A DNA stretch of 64,000 nucleotides from an uncultured Candidatus Saccharibacteria bacterium (GTDB lineage: Bacteria > Patescibacteriota > Minisyncoccia > Phycocordibacterales > UBA1006), in NCBI GenBank assembly GCA_964415895.1, contig CAYQCC010000003.1, positions 3,053-67,052 on the forward strand, written 5' to 3'. A model generated the notes under the pieces. The model saw nothing but the letters and a program-made list of their open reading frames with translations. It ran no database searches and was not told the origin of the DNA. A program made the position numbers and the translations under genes. Numbering within the stretch: the stretch's first letter is position 1; each line of letters opens with the position of its first letter. Of this stretch, positions 18,587-27,833 are shown one piece after another.

Positions 18587-19723
18587 TTATATTTCGTAAT
18601 CTATTTTTAATTGCTTAATAAATTTATTATGCGTATTTATATTAACTGCTTGTTTCCATAGCCCAAACCCTTCTTTTACATGAGGGTTATCTAAGTCAAA
18701 GTTTTTTGAAATCTTGCTAATGTCTTTGTGTAATCTTTTTTGCTCATTTTTAAGCCATTCAATAATCTCTTTAATAATACTGTGTTGCTTTAGGAATGCA
18801 TGAACTTTCATCGGTAAGTCCTTATTGACGTACTCTCCTGTATTAGCAGCAGTAACCACTTCATTAAATAGATCAGGGTCTGTATCTTGAGCTATTTTCA
18901 GAAGTTTGTAAGTAGGTTCGGTCATTCGATCAGAAATAATATCTTTCATATAGTCTTCGCCTGCAATCTTTTCAGCAGTTGTTATTTCCTTGTTCGGAAT
19001 CATAAAGTCTGAAGCATTATTTATTGCCTGTAGATGAAGACCGTTCTGATAACATATTTTAAAGATGTTTTCCTTTTTTCCTTTAAATAAATCCTGATTC
19101 TCAGAAGGATCAAATTCTCTGGTTATAATTTCAAAACACATTTGATAAAGAGTTCCATTAGTAAATCCGCCGACACTGTTATCCATCTTCCAGAAATTAT
19201 TCTCGGTCATAGTATTGAAATCTTTGAACCGCGTGAAATTCTCACTTGCATATCCTAGAGCACTATTTGAGAACCAAGTATCGAATATAAACAACTTCGT
19301 ACTGTCTTGTAATGGAAGTTTCAGGATATCGTGATGCATTAAATAGCCTAATGTGATCAAGTCTGACATTCTTTGCTTCGGATCTTTTGTTCCAATATTT
19401 TTATTATCAAGAATCCAGTTATATGTATATGATGACCACATGCATAATTCTATGGCTGCCATAGATGGTAATAGCTCCTTAATTGTAATCTCTTTACCGA
19501 GCAATATCTTGGCAGCAATATAAACCCAATTTGCACGAACATGTCCTTTTTTAACTTTCAATTTCCGCTTTAAAATATAGTCTTCATAAAGCGCTTCGAC
19601 AAAATTGCCTTCGATGATTTTATCGAATACTGGCGTTTCCATTGAATGATAGAAGTCGAGCAAATACTGGTTTAGCTCTGCTCCGATTTCTTCACTTATC
19701 TTGTAATAATCTGGTTGATTCAT
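18587..19723 (-). CDS. Degenerate trans-isoprenyl diphosphate synthase-fold protein
   Basis: KKG.VR, AAIEL..SSY.YNWILD (FARM position), GLHLQAINNASDF (SARM position), DI...RMT.P. Confidence 0.6.
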   Translation of the reverse strand: MNQPDYYKISEEIGAELNQYLLDFYHSMETPVFDKIIEGNFVEALYEDYILKRKLKVKKGHVRANWVYIAAKILLGKEITIKELLPSMAAIELCMWSSYTYNWILDNKNIGTKDPKQRMSDLITLGYLMHHDILKLPLQDSTKLFIFDTWFSNSALGYASENFTRFKDFNTMTENNFWKMDNSVGGFTNGTLYQMCFEIITREFDPSENQDLFKGKKENIFKICYQNGLHLQAINNASDFMIPNKEITTAEKIAGEDYMKDIISDRMTEPTYKLLKIAQDTDPDLFNEVVTAANTGEYVNKDLPMKVHAFLKQHSIIKEIIEWLKNEQKRLHKDISKISKNFDLDNPHVKEGFGLWKQAVNINTHNKFIKQLKIDYEI

Positions 19724-19730
19724 AACTTTG

Positions 19731-19796
19731 TGGAGAGTTGAGGCAGTGAACCCCTTGCATAGATACCTCTATACTTAGCTACAATTAGCACTCCCC
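19731..19796 (-). ncRNA. tRNA-like four-way junction in the 5' leader
   Basis: GGGGAGT/ACTCTCC-A closing stem with G3:U70, three internal hairpins, TTCAC loop; TATAAT lies just upstream. Confidence 0.45.
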
Positions 19797-19876
19797 AATA
19801 CCACGATTATACTCAAAGCCTCCTTAAAGGAAAGATGTATACCTAAAATACTCTTTTTAGGCTAAACTATACTTAT

Positions 19877-20128
19877 ATGACACAGAAAAAGGTTTCCTCT
19901 GGAACCGTTCACAAATTACCTCTTGATTTGCGCCAAGCTATTATTAGCTCACCTAAAGTTTATGCTTTATGGGAAGACATCACACCGCTTGCTCGTAATG
20001 AATGGATCTGCTGGGTCACTTCTGGCAAGCTTGCGGAAACACGAGGTATTCGCATTGCAAAAGCAATTTCCAAAATGTCAGGCGGAATGCGCCGACCATG
20101 CTGTTGGGCAGGATGTACTCATCGGTAA
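19877..20128 (+). CDS. YdeI/OmpD-associated family protein
   Basis: LPLDL..A, W..ITPLARNEWICWV.S.K..ETR..RI, RRPCCW.GC.HR. Confidence 0.9.
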   Translation: MTQKKVSSGTVHKLPLDLRQAIISSPKVYALWEDITPLARNEWICWVTSGKLAETRGIRIAKAISKMSGGMRRPCCWAGCTHR

Positions 20129-20161
20129 AATACAATTTATAATTAAGACTAGAAACCCTTT

Positions 20162-20500
20162 ATGATCACTTATGAAGATTTTGAAAAAGTTGATATCCGC
20201 GCTGGAAAAATTATCAATGTCGAAGACTTCCCAGAAGCTCGAAAACCAGCTTTCAAGCTAACAATCGATTTCGGTCCAGAGATTGGAATAAAACGATCAA
20301 GCGTTCAATTGCCAGGAACGTATGTAAAAGAAGAATTGCAAAACATGCTAGTTGTATGCGTGGTAAACTTTCCACCAAAGCGCATTGATACGTTCGTATC
20401 GGAAGTTCTTACGCTTGGATTTAAGAATACCGACGGACAAGGATATGTATTGGTTTCACCATCCAAATCAAGCATTGAACTTGGTGATAAGCTTTGTTAA
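20162..20500 (+). CDS. csaA: tRNA-binding protein CsaA
   Basis: FEKVDIR.G, FPEARKPA.KL.IDFG.EIG, VVNFPPK.I..FVSEVL.LG. Confidence 0.92.
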   Translation: MITYEDFEKVDIRAGKIINVEDFPEARKPAFKLTIDFGPEIGIKRSSVQLPGTYVKEELQNMLVVCVVNFPPKRIDTFVSEVLTLGFKNTDGQGYVLVSPSKSSIELGDKLC

Positions 20501-20522
20501 TAAAAAACACCGTAGGTGTTTT

Positions 20523-21284
20523 TTATTTTTTGAATGACAGCTTACTTTCTTTTAGCGCTTTCCTTAATACTGGAATTGCGCTTGGCCCAATGCCATGGAG
20601 GCTCATCAATTCTTTTTCAGTCCACTTTGATAAATCTTTTAAATTCTTTATCTTTGCATTTTCAAGTGCACGAGTCGCTGGTGCAGAAATCTTTTCAAAC
20701 ACGCTTGTTAGTTTCATTTCTGTGACCTTATAAGCCTTTCCTTTTGAATCATAGGTCGTCCATGTCCCCCTTTGAATTCCTTTGTCAAAAGTTCCTGATC
20801 GCATTTTTGTTCCGTCCTTCCGAAACCATTCCCAGTATCCATCCATTGTTTTACCAGTAAGTTTTCCTTTCGCCCACATACTTCCGTCTGCATGATAATG
20901 TGTGTAATTACCTGAAGGGCTTTTCTTTGGTGCTTTCTTTACAGATTCTTTCAATCTAAATTTTGTTATCTTTCCAATTAGTGCCAAAGGAGGTTGTTTG
21001 TTAACCGGAAAACGAACACAGCCTTTTGACGTTGAATAACCTGAAAGTTCCTTTTCAAATTTCACAATTGCAGACGGTGCTGGATAAAAACCGATGTGAG
21101 TTTTATAGCCAGCAAAGTGTACAAGATTCTCGTCATTCAGCCGAAATGTCGGCATACCATATCGAATTGCTTCCTCTGCACCAGGAATAGCTTTGTTGAT
21201 CGTCATTCGCATAGACTGCAGTGTGACTTGCATATCTTTCGGAAATGATTTGATGTATTGATCGATGGTCTTATAGTCTTTCAT
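20523..21284 (-). CDS. DUF1801 + MORN-variant repeats + C-terminal HhH (RNAP alpha-CTD-like) fusion
   Basis: IRYGMPTF..HIGFYP; GYWEWFRKDGTKMRSG.F; ISAPATRAL...LHGIGP. Confidence 0.8.
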   Translation of the reverse strand: MKDYKTIDQYIKSFPKDMQVTLQSMRMTINKAIPGAEEAIRYGMPTFRLNDENLVHFAGYKTHIGFYPAPSAIVKFEKELSGYSTSKGCVRFPVNKQPPLALIGKITKFRLKESVKKAPKKSPSGNYTHYHADGSMWAKGKLTGKTMDGYWEWFRKDGTKMRSGTFDKGIQRGTWTTYDSKGKAYKVTEMKLTSVFEKISAPATRALENAKIKNLKDLSKWTEKELMSLHGIGPSAIPVLRKALKESKLSFKK

Positions 21285-21316
21285 ATTGTTATTATATCAA
21301 GGTTTGTAACAGTTGT

Positions 21317-22162
21317 TTATTGCTTCTTAATCCAGAAATCCTTACTTAATTTTTTAACAATCTTTTGAGTCTTTTTTGAGTTTTTCGATATAACAATGCG
21401 GTTCTTTCCTCGATTATTAATAATGTCATCGAGTCTTGCAACTGATTCTTTTGTCATGTGAGTATAATTCTTAAAGAATTCTTCTAGTCTATTTGCTGTT
21501 GGAATATCGATATATATTTCAATCAAAATATCACCAAAGATATTTAAATAGTAATTCTTCTTTTTAAATAACGGACGATCAAGATTATTTGCTTGAATAC
21601 CTTCAAGTTTAAGTAGAATCTTTTTTGCCTCTTTATCCAATAATGTATTATTGCCAGCTGTTGCCAAATATTGAACCCCTTTTGTAAAAGCCTTTTTAAT
21701 CTGCCATTCCTCACTATGCGCACGACTCATTAACATAAACCAGTCATGAGGAACATAGGTATATACTTGTGAACCTCTTTTCACGACGTCTAAAAACAAC
21801 CCAAATACGTGTGACCAAAACATTTCGGCTTCCTGAGCCGAGTTAAAGAAGTACTCGATCCGCTCGCTTTCCTGCAAATCCAAGAAAGATTTTTGGGGAG
21901 ATATACCCTTGTTGTTATATTTTGCAACATTCACGTAATCTGCCAAGTCATCCAACCACCGTGAATACAATGTTATTACACCTTTATTAATAGTAATAAC
22001 CCCAGAGTCAGTCAGCTCACGTAATGCCAAATAGACAGCTTGTTTAGTAAAGCTTGTTTTTGATTTCTTAAAATGATCAACCATCTCAAGCGTTTTTATG
22101 GGACCGCTTTTCAGCTCTTTAAGTATTAAATCCTTTAATTTTTTAGGCTTATAGAGCTCCAT
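21317..22162 (-). CDS. wHTH transcriptional regulator, paralogue 1 of a three-member family
   Basis: TKQAVYLALREL...GVI wHTH; FW.H, PH.W and KKLSKDFWI motifs shared with 50728 and 53547. Confidence 0.75.
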   Translation of the reverse strand: MELYKPKKLKDLILKELKSGPIKTLEMVDHFKKSKTSFTKQAVYLALRELTDSGVITINKGVITLYSRWLDDLADYVNVAKYNNKGISPQKSFLDLQESERIEYFFNSAQEAEMFWSHVFGLFLDVVKRGSQVYTYVPHDWFMLMSRAHSEEWQIKKAFTKGVQYLATAGNNTLLDKEAKKILLKLEGIQANNLDRPLFKKKNYYLNIFGDILIEIYIDIPTANRLEEFFKNYTHMTKESVARLDDIINNRGKNRIVISKNSKKTQKIVKKLSKDFWIKKQ

Positions 22163-22252
22163 ATAAATAAGTATAGTAAAGTATTACTTTACTGACAAGT
22201 CTTATATTGACATTTTGTTGTAGATGTGTCAATTCCCTGCTATCGTTACGCT

Positions 22253-23128
22253 ATGAGAACATCATTCGACAATGTTTTACGAAAACGACTGATCATTGAA
22301 GCAATTGTTTCGCCTGAGAGTGCGCGCAATTTAAGCAATGTGACTTTTCTTGAAAATTACCTAAGAGACTTAAGCACTCGCGCAAACATGACAATCATGT
22401 TTGGTCCGCTCGTTCACAACTGGGCAGAGCAGCTTGATTATGAAAAATATGCAGGACTGGAAGGTGTGATCATCTGGGCTGAGTCAGGCGTGCAATTATA
22501 TACCTGGGAAAAACATAACGCTCTTACTATTGATATTTATAGCTGCAAGGACTTTTCCATTAACGAGATGGTAGAATTTACAAAAAATTACTTTACTACT
22601 GAAAAAATTGAGTGGAAGGAGGTGGAACCTATCCTAACTCTTGGCTTACCTGAAAACGAACATGTTGAAGTGCGAGATACCCCACATAAAGGAAAAGGCC
22701 TCTTTTTAAAGCATGACGTAAAAAAAGATACAATACTTGCGAGTTTTGACGCTGACATTCATTATGCAAAACGCGCTAGCGAACTTTCACTTCCTGTTCG
22801 AGATCGTGGTATTCAGTGCGGAGAATATTTTTACCGTGACTCTTACCTTATTCAATTTATTAATCATTCTTGTGAACCAAATGCAGGAGTGCATGGATTA
22901 TTTGATATTGTCGCAATGGACAACTTAAAAGCAGGAACTGAAATTAATTTTGATTATGCAATGAGCGAAGATAGCGACTGGGAACTGCCAAATGGAGCTT
23001 GTAAGTGCGGAACCCCAACATGCCGGGGAAAAGTTGGATCTTATAAAAATCTCCCTCTTTCAAAAAAAGCTGAGTATTGGGATTACACTTCTGATTGGCT
23101 GAAAGAAAAATATGGATTTCCAAAATAA
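22253..23128 (+). CDS. AdoMet decarboxylase-like domain fused to a SET domain
   Basis: G...WAESG..LYTW...LTIDIYSCKDF; KGKGLF, FINHSCEPN, EINFDY, post-SET CKCG...CRG. Confidence 0.85.
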   Translation: MRTSFDNVLRKRLIIEAIVSPESARNLSNVTFLENYLRDLSTRANMTIMFGPLVHNWAEQLDYEKYAGLEGVIIWAESGVQLYTWEKHNALTIDIYSCKDFSINEMVEFTKNYFTTEKIEWKEVEPILTLGLPENEHVEVRDTPHKGKGLFLKHDVKKDTILASFDADIHYAKRASELSLPVRDRGIQCGEYFYRDSYLIQFINHSCEPNAGVHGLFDIVAMDNLKAGTEINFDYAMSEDSDWELPNGACKCGTPTCRGKVGSYKNLPLSKKAEYWDYTSDWLKEKYGFPK

Positions 23129-23145
23129 AAACACCAAAGGTGTTT

Positions 23146-23595
23146 TTATTTTTCTGAAATCTCCTTCAATTTTTCAAGCGCTCGTGGCCACATTTCTGTA
23201 AACATATCCGCGTATTGCTCCTCAATTTCAAGCTCTACAGATAGTTCCGTGCCGCCATCTTTTTCATGGAATGTGTAACTTTCAGATGACTTATTCCAGT
23301 GCTGCGCTGCCTCGCTTTCAGTATCAATAATGCCATTTGCATAGATTCCCTTGTGTGCTAGTAAGACATATTCGTGCGGTCGGTTTTCTGCGACATCTGC
23401 AACCATACCATCATCCATTCCGTTCTCGTTTGGTCCAACAAACAACATTCTTGACCCCTTACTCCAATCGCCTTTGTAATAGGATCCTGCATGAAACTCG
23501 TTTGTCCAAACGCGATACGTCGCATCATCTAACATCATATTCCATACATGCTCGATAGGTGCGTTGATAAAGATTGTGTAGTGAACTTTTTTCAT
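23146..23595 (-). CDS. SRPBCC/AHSA1 domain protein
   Basis: I.APIEHVW...TYRVWT.EF..GS, WPRALEKLKEISE. Confidence 0.9.
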   Translation of the reverse strand: MKKVHYTIFINAPIEHVWNMMLDDATYRVWTNEFHAGSYYKGDWSKGSRMLFVGPNENGMDDGMVADVAENRPHEYVLLAHKGIYANGIIDTESEAAQHWNKSSESYTFHEKDGGTELSVELEIEEQYADMFTEMWPRALEKLKEISEK

Positions 23596-23599
23596 ATAA

Positions 23600-24037
23600 T
23601 TATTTATTAGCGCAATTAATCATCCACTGTACGCCATATTTATCAGTGAACGCTGCATAATATCCGCCCCAAAACATTTCGATTGGAGCTTGCTCGATCT
23701 TTCCATCACCCGAAAGAGCTGAAAACAATGTATCAACCTCTGTGCGCGTATCTGGTTCAAGATTGATATAAACATTATTTCCAAAGTTTACTATAAAACC
23801 CATGGATTCAGGTGCATCCGTTCCCATTAATACGTGTCCACCAGTGATCACAAGTTCAACATGTAAGACAAGATTCTTGTCCTCGTCTGATAATTCAGGC
23901 TGTCCGTCAGGTCGTGGTGCGTCACCTAGACGTGCAATTCCATCATTGCCAAATTCACCACCAAATGCAGATTTATAAAAATTGAATGCTTCTTCGGTAT
24001 TGCCATTGAAATTTAAATACGTTGATGTTCGTGCCAT
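23600..24037 (-). CDS. VOC/PhnB family protein
   Basis: YLNFNGNTEEAFNFY, MFWGGYY..TDKYGVQW. Confidence 0.9.
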   Translation of the reverse strand: MARTSTYLNFNGNTEEAFNFYKSAFGGEFGNDGIARLGDAPRPDGQPELSDEDKNLVLHVELVITGGHVLMGTDAPESMGFIVNFGNNVYINLEPDTRTEVDTLFSALSGDGKIEQAPIEMFWGGYYAAFTDKYGVQWMINCANK

Positions 24038-24054
24038 ATAAAAGAGATTAATTA

Positions 24055-24483
24055 TTAATTTGCTTCAACATGCTTCTTGAAATTTGAAAGTATAGCTTCC
24101 CACCCAGCTTTCTGCACCTCTTCTGAATTTTGATTTTCAGGATCAAATGTTTCGGTTACTTTTGTCGTATCTCCGATCGCTTTAAATGACACTGAGACAT
24201 TGCGGCCGACTTCTTCACCTGGAAACTTATTCATTGTGTATTCAATCAATTCATTTGGAACAACATTTGTGTATGTTCCTCCAAAATCAAAACTTACTGA
24301 TTTGTCTTTTGCTGCCATAGTCGTTACAAATGTTCCACCAACTGTCAAATCATTAGTTGCATGTGGTGCTTCCCAGTCATCTGAAGCGAATGCCCATTTT
24401 GTAATATGCTCTGGCTCGTTCCAGTATTTCCACACTTTCTCGATTGGTGCATTAATAATTGTTTCTACGGTTATTTTATTCAT
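24055..24483 (-). CDS. SRPBCC/AHSA1 domain protein
   Basis: APIEKVW..W..PEHITKW.FASDDW, Q.AGW.AIL.NFKK. Confidence 0.9.
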   Translation of the reverse strand: MNKITVETIINAPIEKVWKYWNEPEHITKWAFASDDWEAPHATNDLTVGGTFVTTMAAKDKSVSFDFGGTYTNVVPNELIEYTMNKFPGEEVGRNVSVSFKAIGDTTKVTETFDPENQNSEEVQKAGWEAILSNFKKHVEAN

Positions 24484-24508
24484 ATACCCAAGTTTAACAT
24501 TTTTAGAT

Positions 24509-25186
24509 TTAATAGGAAATTCTAATGTTTTCTTTCTCTTGTTTTATTTTCCTAATTGAAACGGGTCCAATATCACCAAGATTTTCAACGTGCGTTCCGC
24601 CGCACGGAATGCTGAAATCACCATAATATACAACACGTTGCGGTTTTCCATTCTGTAAAACATCGTTTTCAAACACAAGAGTTGTTTTAATATTCCTATT
24701 TATTATTTCATTGCATTTATTTTCAATATCTTGTAGCAACTTTTCTTTATCTAATCCATCCAAACTTCCTGCATACTCTACGTACGGTCCGTTTGGAAAA
24801 TGATAACCCTTGCCTGGAACCCAGTCGATTAATAATTCTTTTAATGCCATATCTACCAAGTGACCAATGGAATGCAGCCTTGTATGAAGTATCCGTTTTT
24901 CCTGATCGACCAATAGTTCAACCTTTTCTCCAATACTCAAATTTCCTGACTCGTATGTGCCAATATGATGAACCTGTTCGTTCACATAACGAACTTCTTC
25001 GACTTGAAAAATCGCATTGTCATTTTTAATAATGCCAGTGTCGTACGGCTGACCACCACCTTGCGGATAAAAAATTGTCTCGTTCAATACAATGACAGTT
25101 TTTCCATCAATGGTCTTTATATCTTCAATAATAGATTCGTAGGAATACATATTCATGTGCTCCATATAGATAAGTTTTGTAGTCAT
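24509..25186 (-). CDS. alaX: Free-standing alanyl-tRNA editing protein AlaX (AlaXp-M type)
   Basis: TIFYPQGGGQP.DTG, HSIGH (HxxxH), PCGGTHV (CxxxH). Confidence 0.9.
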   Translation of the reverse strand: MTTKLIYMEHMNMYSYESIIEDIKTIDGKTVIVLNETIFYPQGGGQPYDTGIIKNDNAIFQVEEVRYVNEQVHHIGTYESGNLSIGEKVELLVDQEKRILHTRLHSIGHLVDMALKELLIDWVPGKGYHFPNGPYVEYAGSLDGLDKEKLLQDIENKCNEIINRNIKTTLVFENDVLQNGKPQRVVYYGDFSIPCGGTHVENLGDIGPVSIRKIKQEKENIRISY

Positions 25187-25305
25187 ATAGTTTCAAGAAA
25201 ATATTAATAATCATTAATAAGTATAAATATGTGCAAATATAAGTTAATTTTTATAGCAAATTAATCATATTTGTATCTTTTTGTTATAAATGATAGATTA
25301 TCAAC

Positions 25306-25938
25306 ATGATCAAGATTAATGAAATTGTTGAGAATATTGTGTATTCCGAGGAAGAAGCCTTGTATTCCCTTTCGCAGAAATTTATGAACCTGTCTGCGTA
25401 TGCCAAACGCATTCGGAAAGAGGTTGACCGGCAAACAAAGAAAACCGTTCAAGCAACTAGTATTGTTGTTGCACTTTCGCGTATCCAGAAACAAATGAAA
25501 AAGGTGCATCCGTTAATTCAAGATGTTAAGATTAATAATATCACTGCCAAATCTCCCTTGTCAGAAATCGTGTTTGAAAAAACGCCAGCAATTGTGAGCA
25601 AACTTTCCCAGCTATATGAGCAAGTGAAAACAACCAGTGATGATTTTCTAACTATGACACTTTCAACATCGGAAATCACCGTAATTTGTTCTGATCGGAT
25701 TAAAGATTCAGTATTAAAGCATTTCAATGAAAAGCCAATCATGATCGAATCAGGACTGGCTTCGCTTGGCATATCAATTGACCCGAAATATTATCCGATG
25801 CCAAATATCACCTATTCGTTGATCCGCAGAATCGCTACTAAAAAGATTCCATTAGCAGAAACGATTACGACACATGCTGAAATTATTTTTGTGTTTCATC
25901 AGAAAGATCTTTCCGAGATGATTAGCTTGTTTTCGTAA
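25306..25938 (+). CDS. HTH + ACT-domain protein (aspartokinase-regulatory-like)
   Basis: MNLSAYAKRI...SIVVALSR N-terminus, then two ACT-like repeats (STSEITVI; ETITT..EI). Confidence 0.75.
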   Translation: MIKINEIVENIVYSEEEALYSLSQKFMNLSAYAKRIRKEVDRQTKKTVQATSIVVALSRIQKQMKKVHPLIQDVKINNITAKSPLSEIVFEKTPAIVSKLSQLYEQVKTTSDDFLTMTLSTSEITVICSDRIKDSVLKHFNEKPIMIESGLASLGISIDPKYYPMPNITYSLIRRIATKKIPLAETITTHAEIIFVFHQKDLSEMISLFS

Positions 25939-27053
25939 TCAAATAATTTTGATGCTTGTTCAGGTTCCGGGCCAATAATCGTATTGTAAAACTGCTCAAG
26001 TAATCGAATCCTATTATTCATTGAATACTTTCCTTGGACATATTTCGCATGACTGTCTTGTTTTGAGGAATTGATTGTTTGTAATATCTTTTCAGCCATA
26101 TCTATAGCATTACCAACCTGAAATGTTGTACCAAGTTTTCCTTGTTCCAGCAATTCTGATAGACCTTCAACGTCAGATGCAACAATAGGAGCACCGACAG
26201 ACAATGCTTCCATAGCCAGATTACACCACGTCTCGGTAAGTGACGGCACGACAACTATTTTTGTTGCGCTTAAATATGATGCGAGTTGTTGATTTTCTAT
26301 ATAATCGACAAGTTCAACATTCGTGAACCCGCTACATTCTATGATTGATGCGACCTGTTGCTTGTCTTGACCATTTCCAATAATTCTAATCGTGAGACTT
26401 GGAATCTTTTGTGTCAGATATGGAATCACTGAAAGCAATACGTGCAATCCCTTCATCCATGAAATTTCACCAACATATGTAAGTGTTACAGGCTTAATAG
26501 ATTCATTGTGTGATAGAAATTGACCCCAATCTTTTGCATTGTAAATTGTTGTGAATTTTTTTGTAACATTTAAAAAATCTAGGCTCGGTTTAAAACAATT
26601 CGAAACAGTTTGAATGGAACATAAATCACTATTCAGATAATCTGAAAACTGATTCAAGAGATTCTCTTTTTCTGATGATTCGAGTGTTGCTAAACGTGAA
26701 AACGGAATATGGTTAATACTTGTACGCAGACAAACAACGTGTTTTTTACCAATTTGGTTAAGGATTCTAAGTGCGTTTATCATGCCATCACGCAAAGAAA
26801 ATGTCGCCTGGATTGATACAATGTCATGATTTGTAATTAGTGAAACAAGACTTTCTTCGGATTCTATATAACAATATTCAATTATAGATTCCGCCGGCAC
26901 AATGACTTTCGAATATGTTTCCGAGGATATTCTTGTAGAAGCAATCGTTACATCATGACCGCGCTTAGAAAGTTCTAATGCATCTAAATTTGTTTGTACT
27001 TCAATACCGCCACCCTCTTTAAAAGGATAGTCGTGAATATATAAAATTTTCAT
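25899..27053 (-). CDS. GT4 family glycosyltransferase
   Basis: MKIL...GGIE, GHDVTI, KGL..L, VVPS..E....AMEAL..G.PIVASDV.GL.E. Confidence 0.92.
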   Translation of the reverse strand: MKILYIHDYPFKEGGGIEVQTNLDALELSKRGHDVTIASTRISSETYSKVIVPAESIIEYCYIESEESLVSLITNHDIVSIQATFSLRDGMINALRILNQIGKKHVVCLRTSINHIPFSRLATLESSEKENLLNQFSDYLNSDLCSIQTVSNCFKPSLDFLNVTKKFTTIYNAKDWGQFLSHNESIKPVTLTYVGEISWMKGLHVLLSVIPYLTQKIPSLTIRIIGNGQDKQQVASIIECSGFTNVELVDYIENQQLASYLSATKIVVVPSLTETWCNLAMEALSVGAPIVASDVEGLSELLEQGKLGTTFQVGNAIDMAEKILQTINSSKQDSHAKYVQGKYSMNNRIRLLEQFYNTIIGPEPEQASKLFDYENKLIISERSF

Positions 27054-27055
27054 AT

Positions 27056-27769
27056 TTACTCTATTAGTTCTGATAATATTGTGAGCGCATGTGATGTATA
27101 TGATGTCGACCTAACAGGAATAATGCTGTAACACTCTGCGGCTGTTAATTTTTTGCGTGCACCGCGTAGTTGTGCTTTATGAATATCCATATCAATTAAT
27201 GTTCCTAGTCGTTCACGATACGCAAGATTTATAATTCGAGTTTTTTCTGCCAACACGTCAGAGATATCAACATAAAAATCTGGATTATTAATAAGCTCGA
27301 GCCCATCAGCTTCCAATAATACTGAGTCAGTTAGCTTTGGGCCGAGTTCAGAAAACGAAGACCTGCATGCAATTTCAAATGCTTTCTTGACTGAGTTATG
27401 AACAACCTGATGTTCGTCGTGGTAATCATTATTCATGTGTGTCACAACAACAGAAGGTCGTAGTTTTCGTAATGTTGTAAGAATCTCTAATACCAGATTT
27501 TCATTTTCAACCAGCTGCGTATTGGGATTTCGGAGAATACGTGCTGACATTACTCCGATTGCATTGCAGTAGGTTTCAAATTCAAGATTTCTTTCAGTAA
27601 TCATGTGTTGCTGATCACTTACAACTTCTGCTGTATTTGGTTTTCCATTTTTTCCTTCGCTACATATTAAAATATGAGTTTCAAAGCCTTTTTGCTTTGC
27701 TTTTAAAAATAATCCTGTCGCCAATGTTTCGTCGTCAGGATGCGCACCAATAAATAATAATGATTTCAT
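27056..27769 (-). CDS. PIG-L/LmbE family deacetylase (BshB1/MshB-like)
   Basis: GAHPDDE, RP.VVVTH, DYH.EH. Confidence 0.92.
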   Translation of the reverse strand: MKSLLFIGAHPDDETLATGLFLKAKQKGFETHILICSEGKNGKPNTAEVVSDQQHMITERNLEFETYCNAIGVMSARILRNPNTQLVENENLVLEILTTLRKLRPSVVVTHMNNDYHDEHQVVHNSVKKAFEIACRSSFSELGPKLTDSVLLEADGLELINNPDFYVDISDVLAEKTRIINLAYRERLGTLIDMDIHKAQLRGARKKLTAAECYSIIPVRSTSYTSHALTILSELIE

Positions 27770-27833
27770 AATGTTTAAAATTAAACAGGTCAGTGATAAA
27801 AGTGGTCTTGCCTGTAATGACAAGACCGATGTG

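Noticed and set aside
19731-19796. Calling this a true tRNA or tmRNA
   Set aside because: No 7-nt anticodon loop, non-canonical D and T loops, no tag reading frame; kept only as a mimic candidate
14859-24055. Hairpins as integron attC sites in a cassette array
   Set aside because: No RYYYAAC/GTTRRRY ends or integron integrase; genes alternate strand and hairpins sit at convergent junctions
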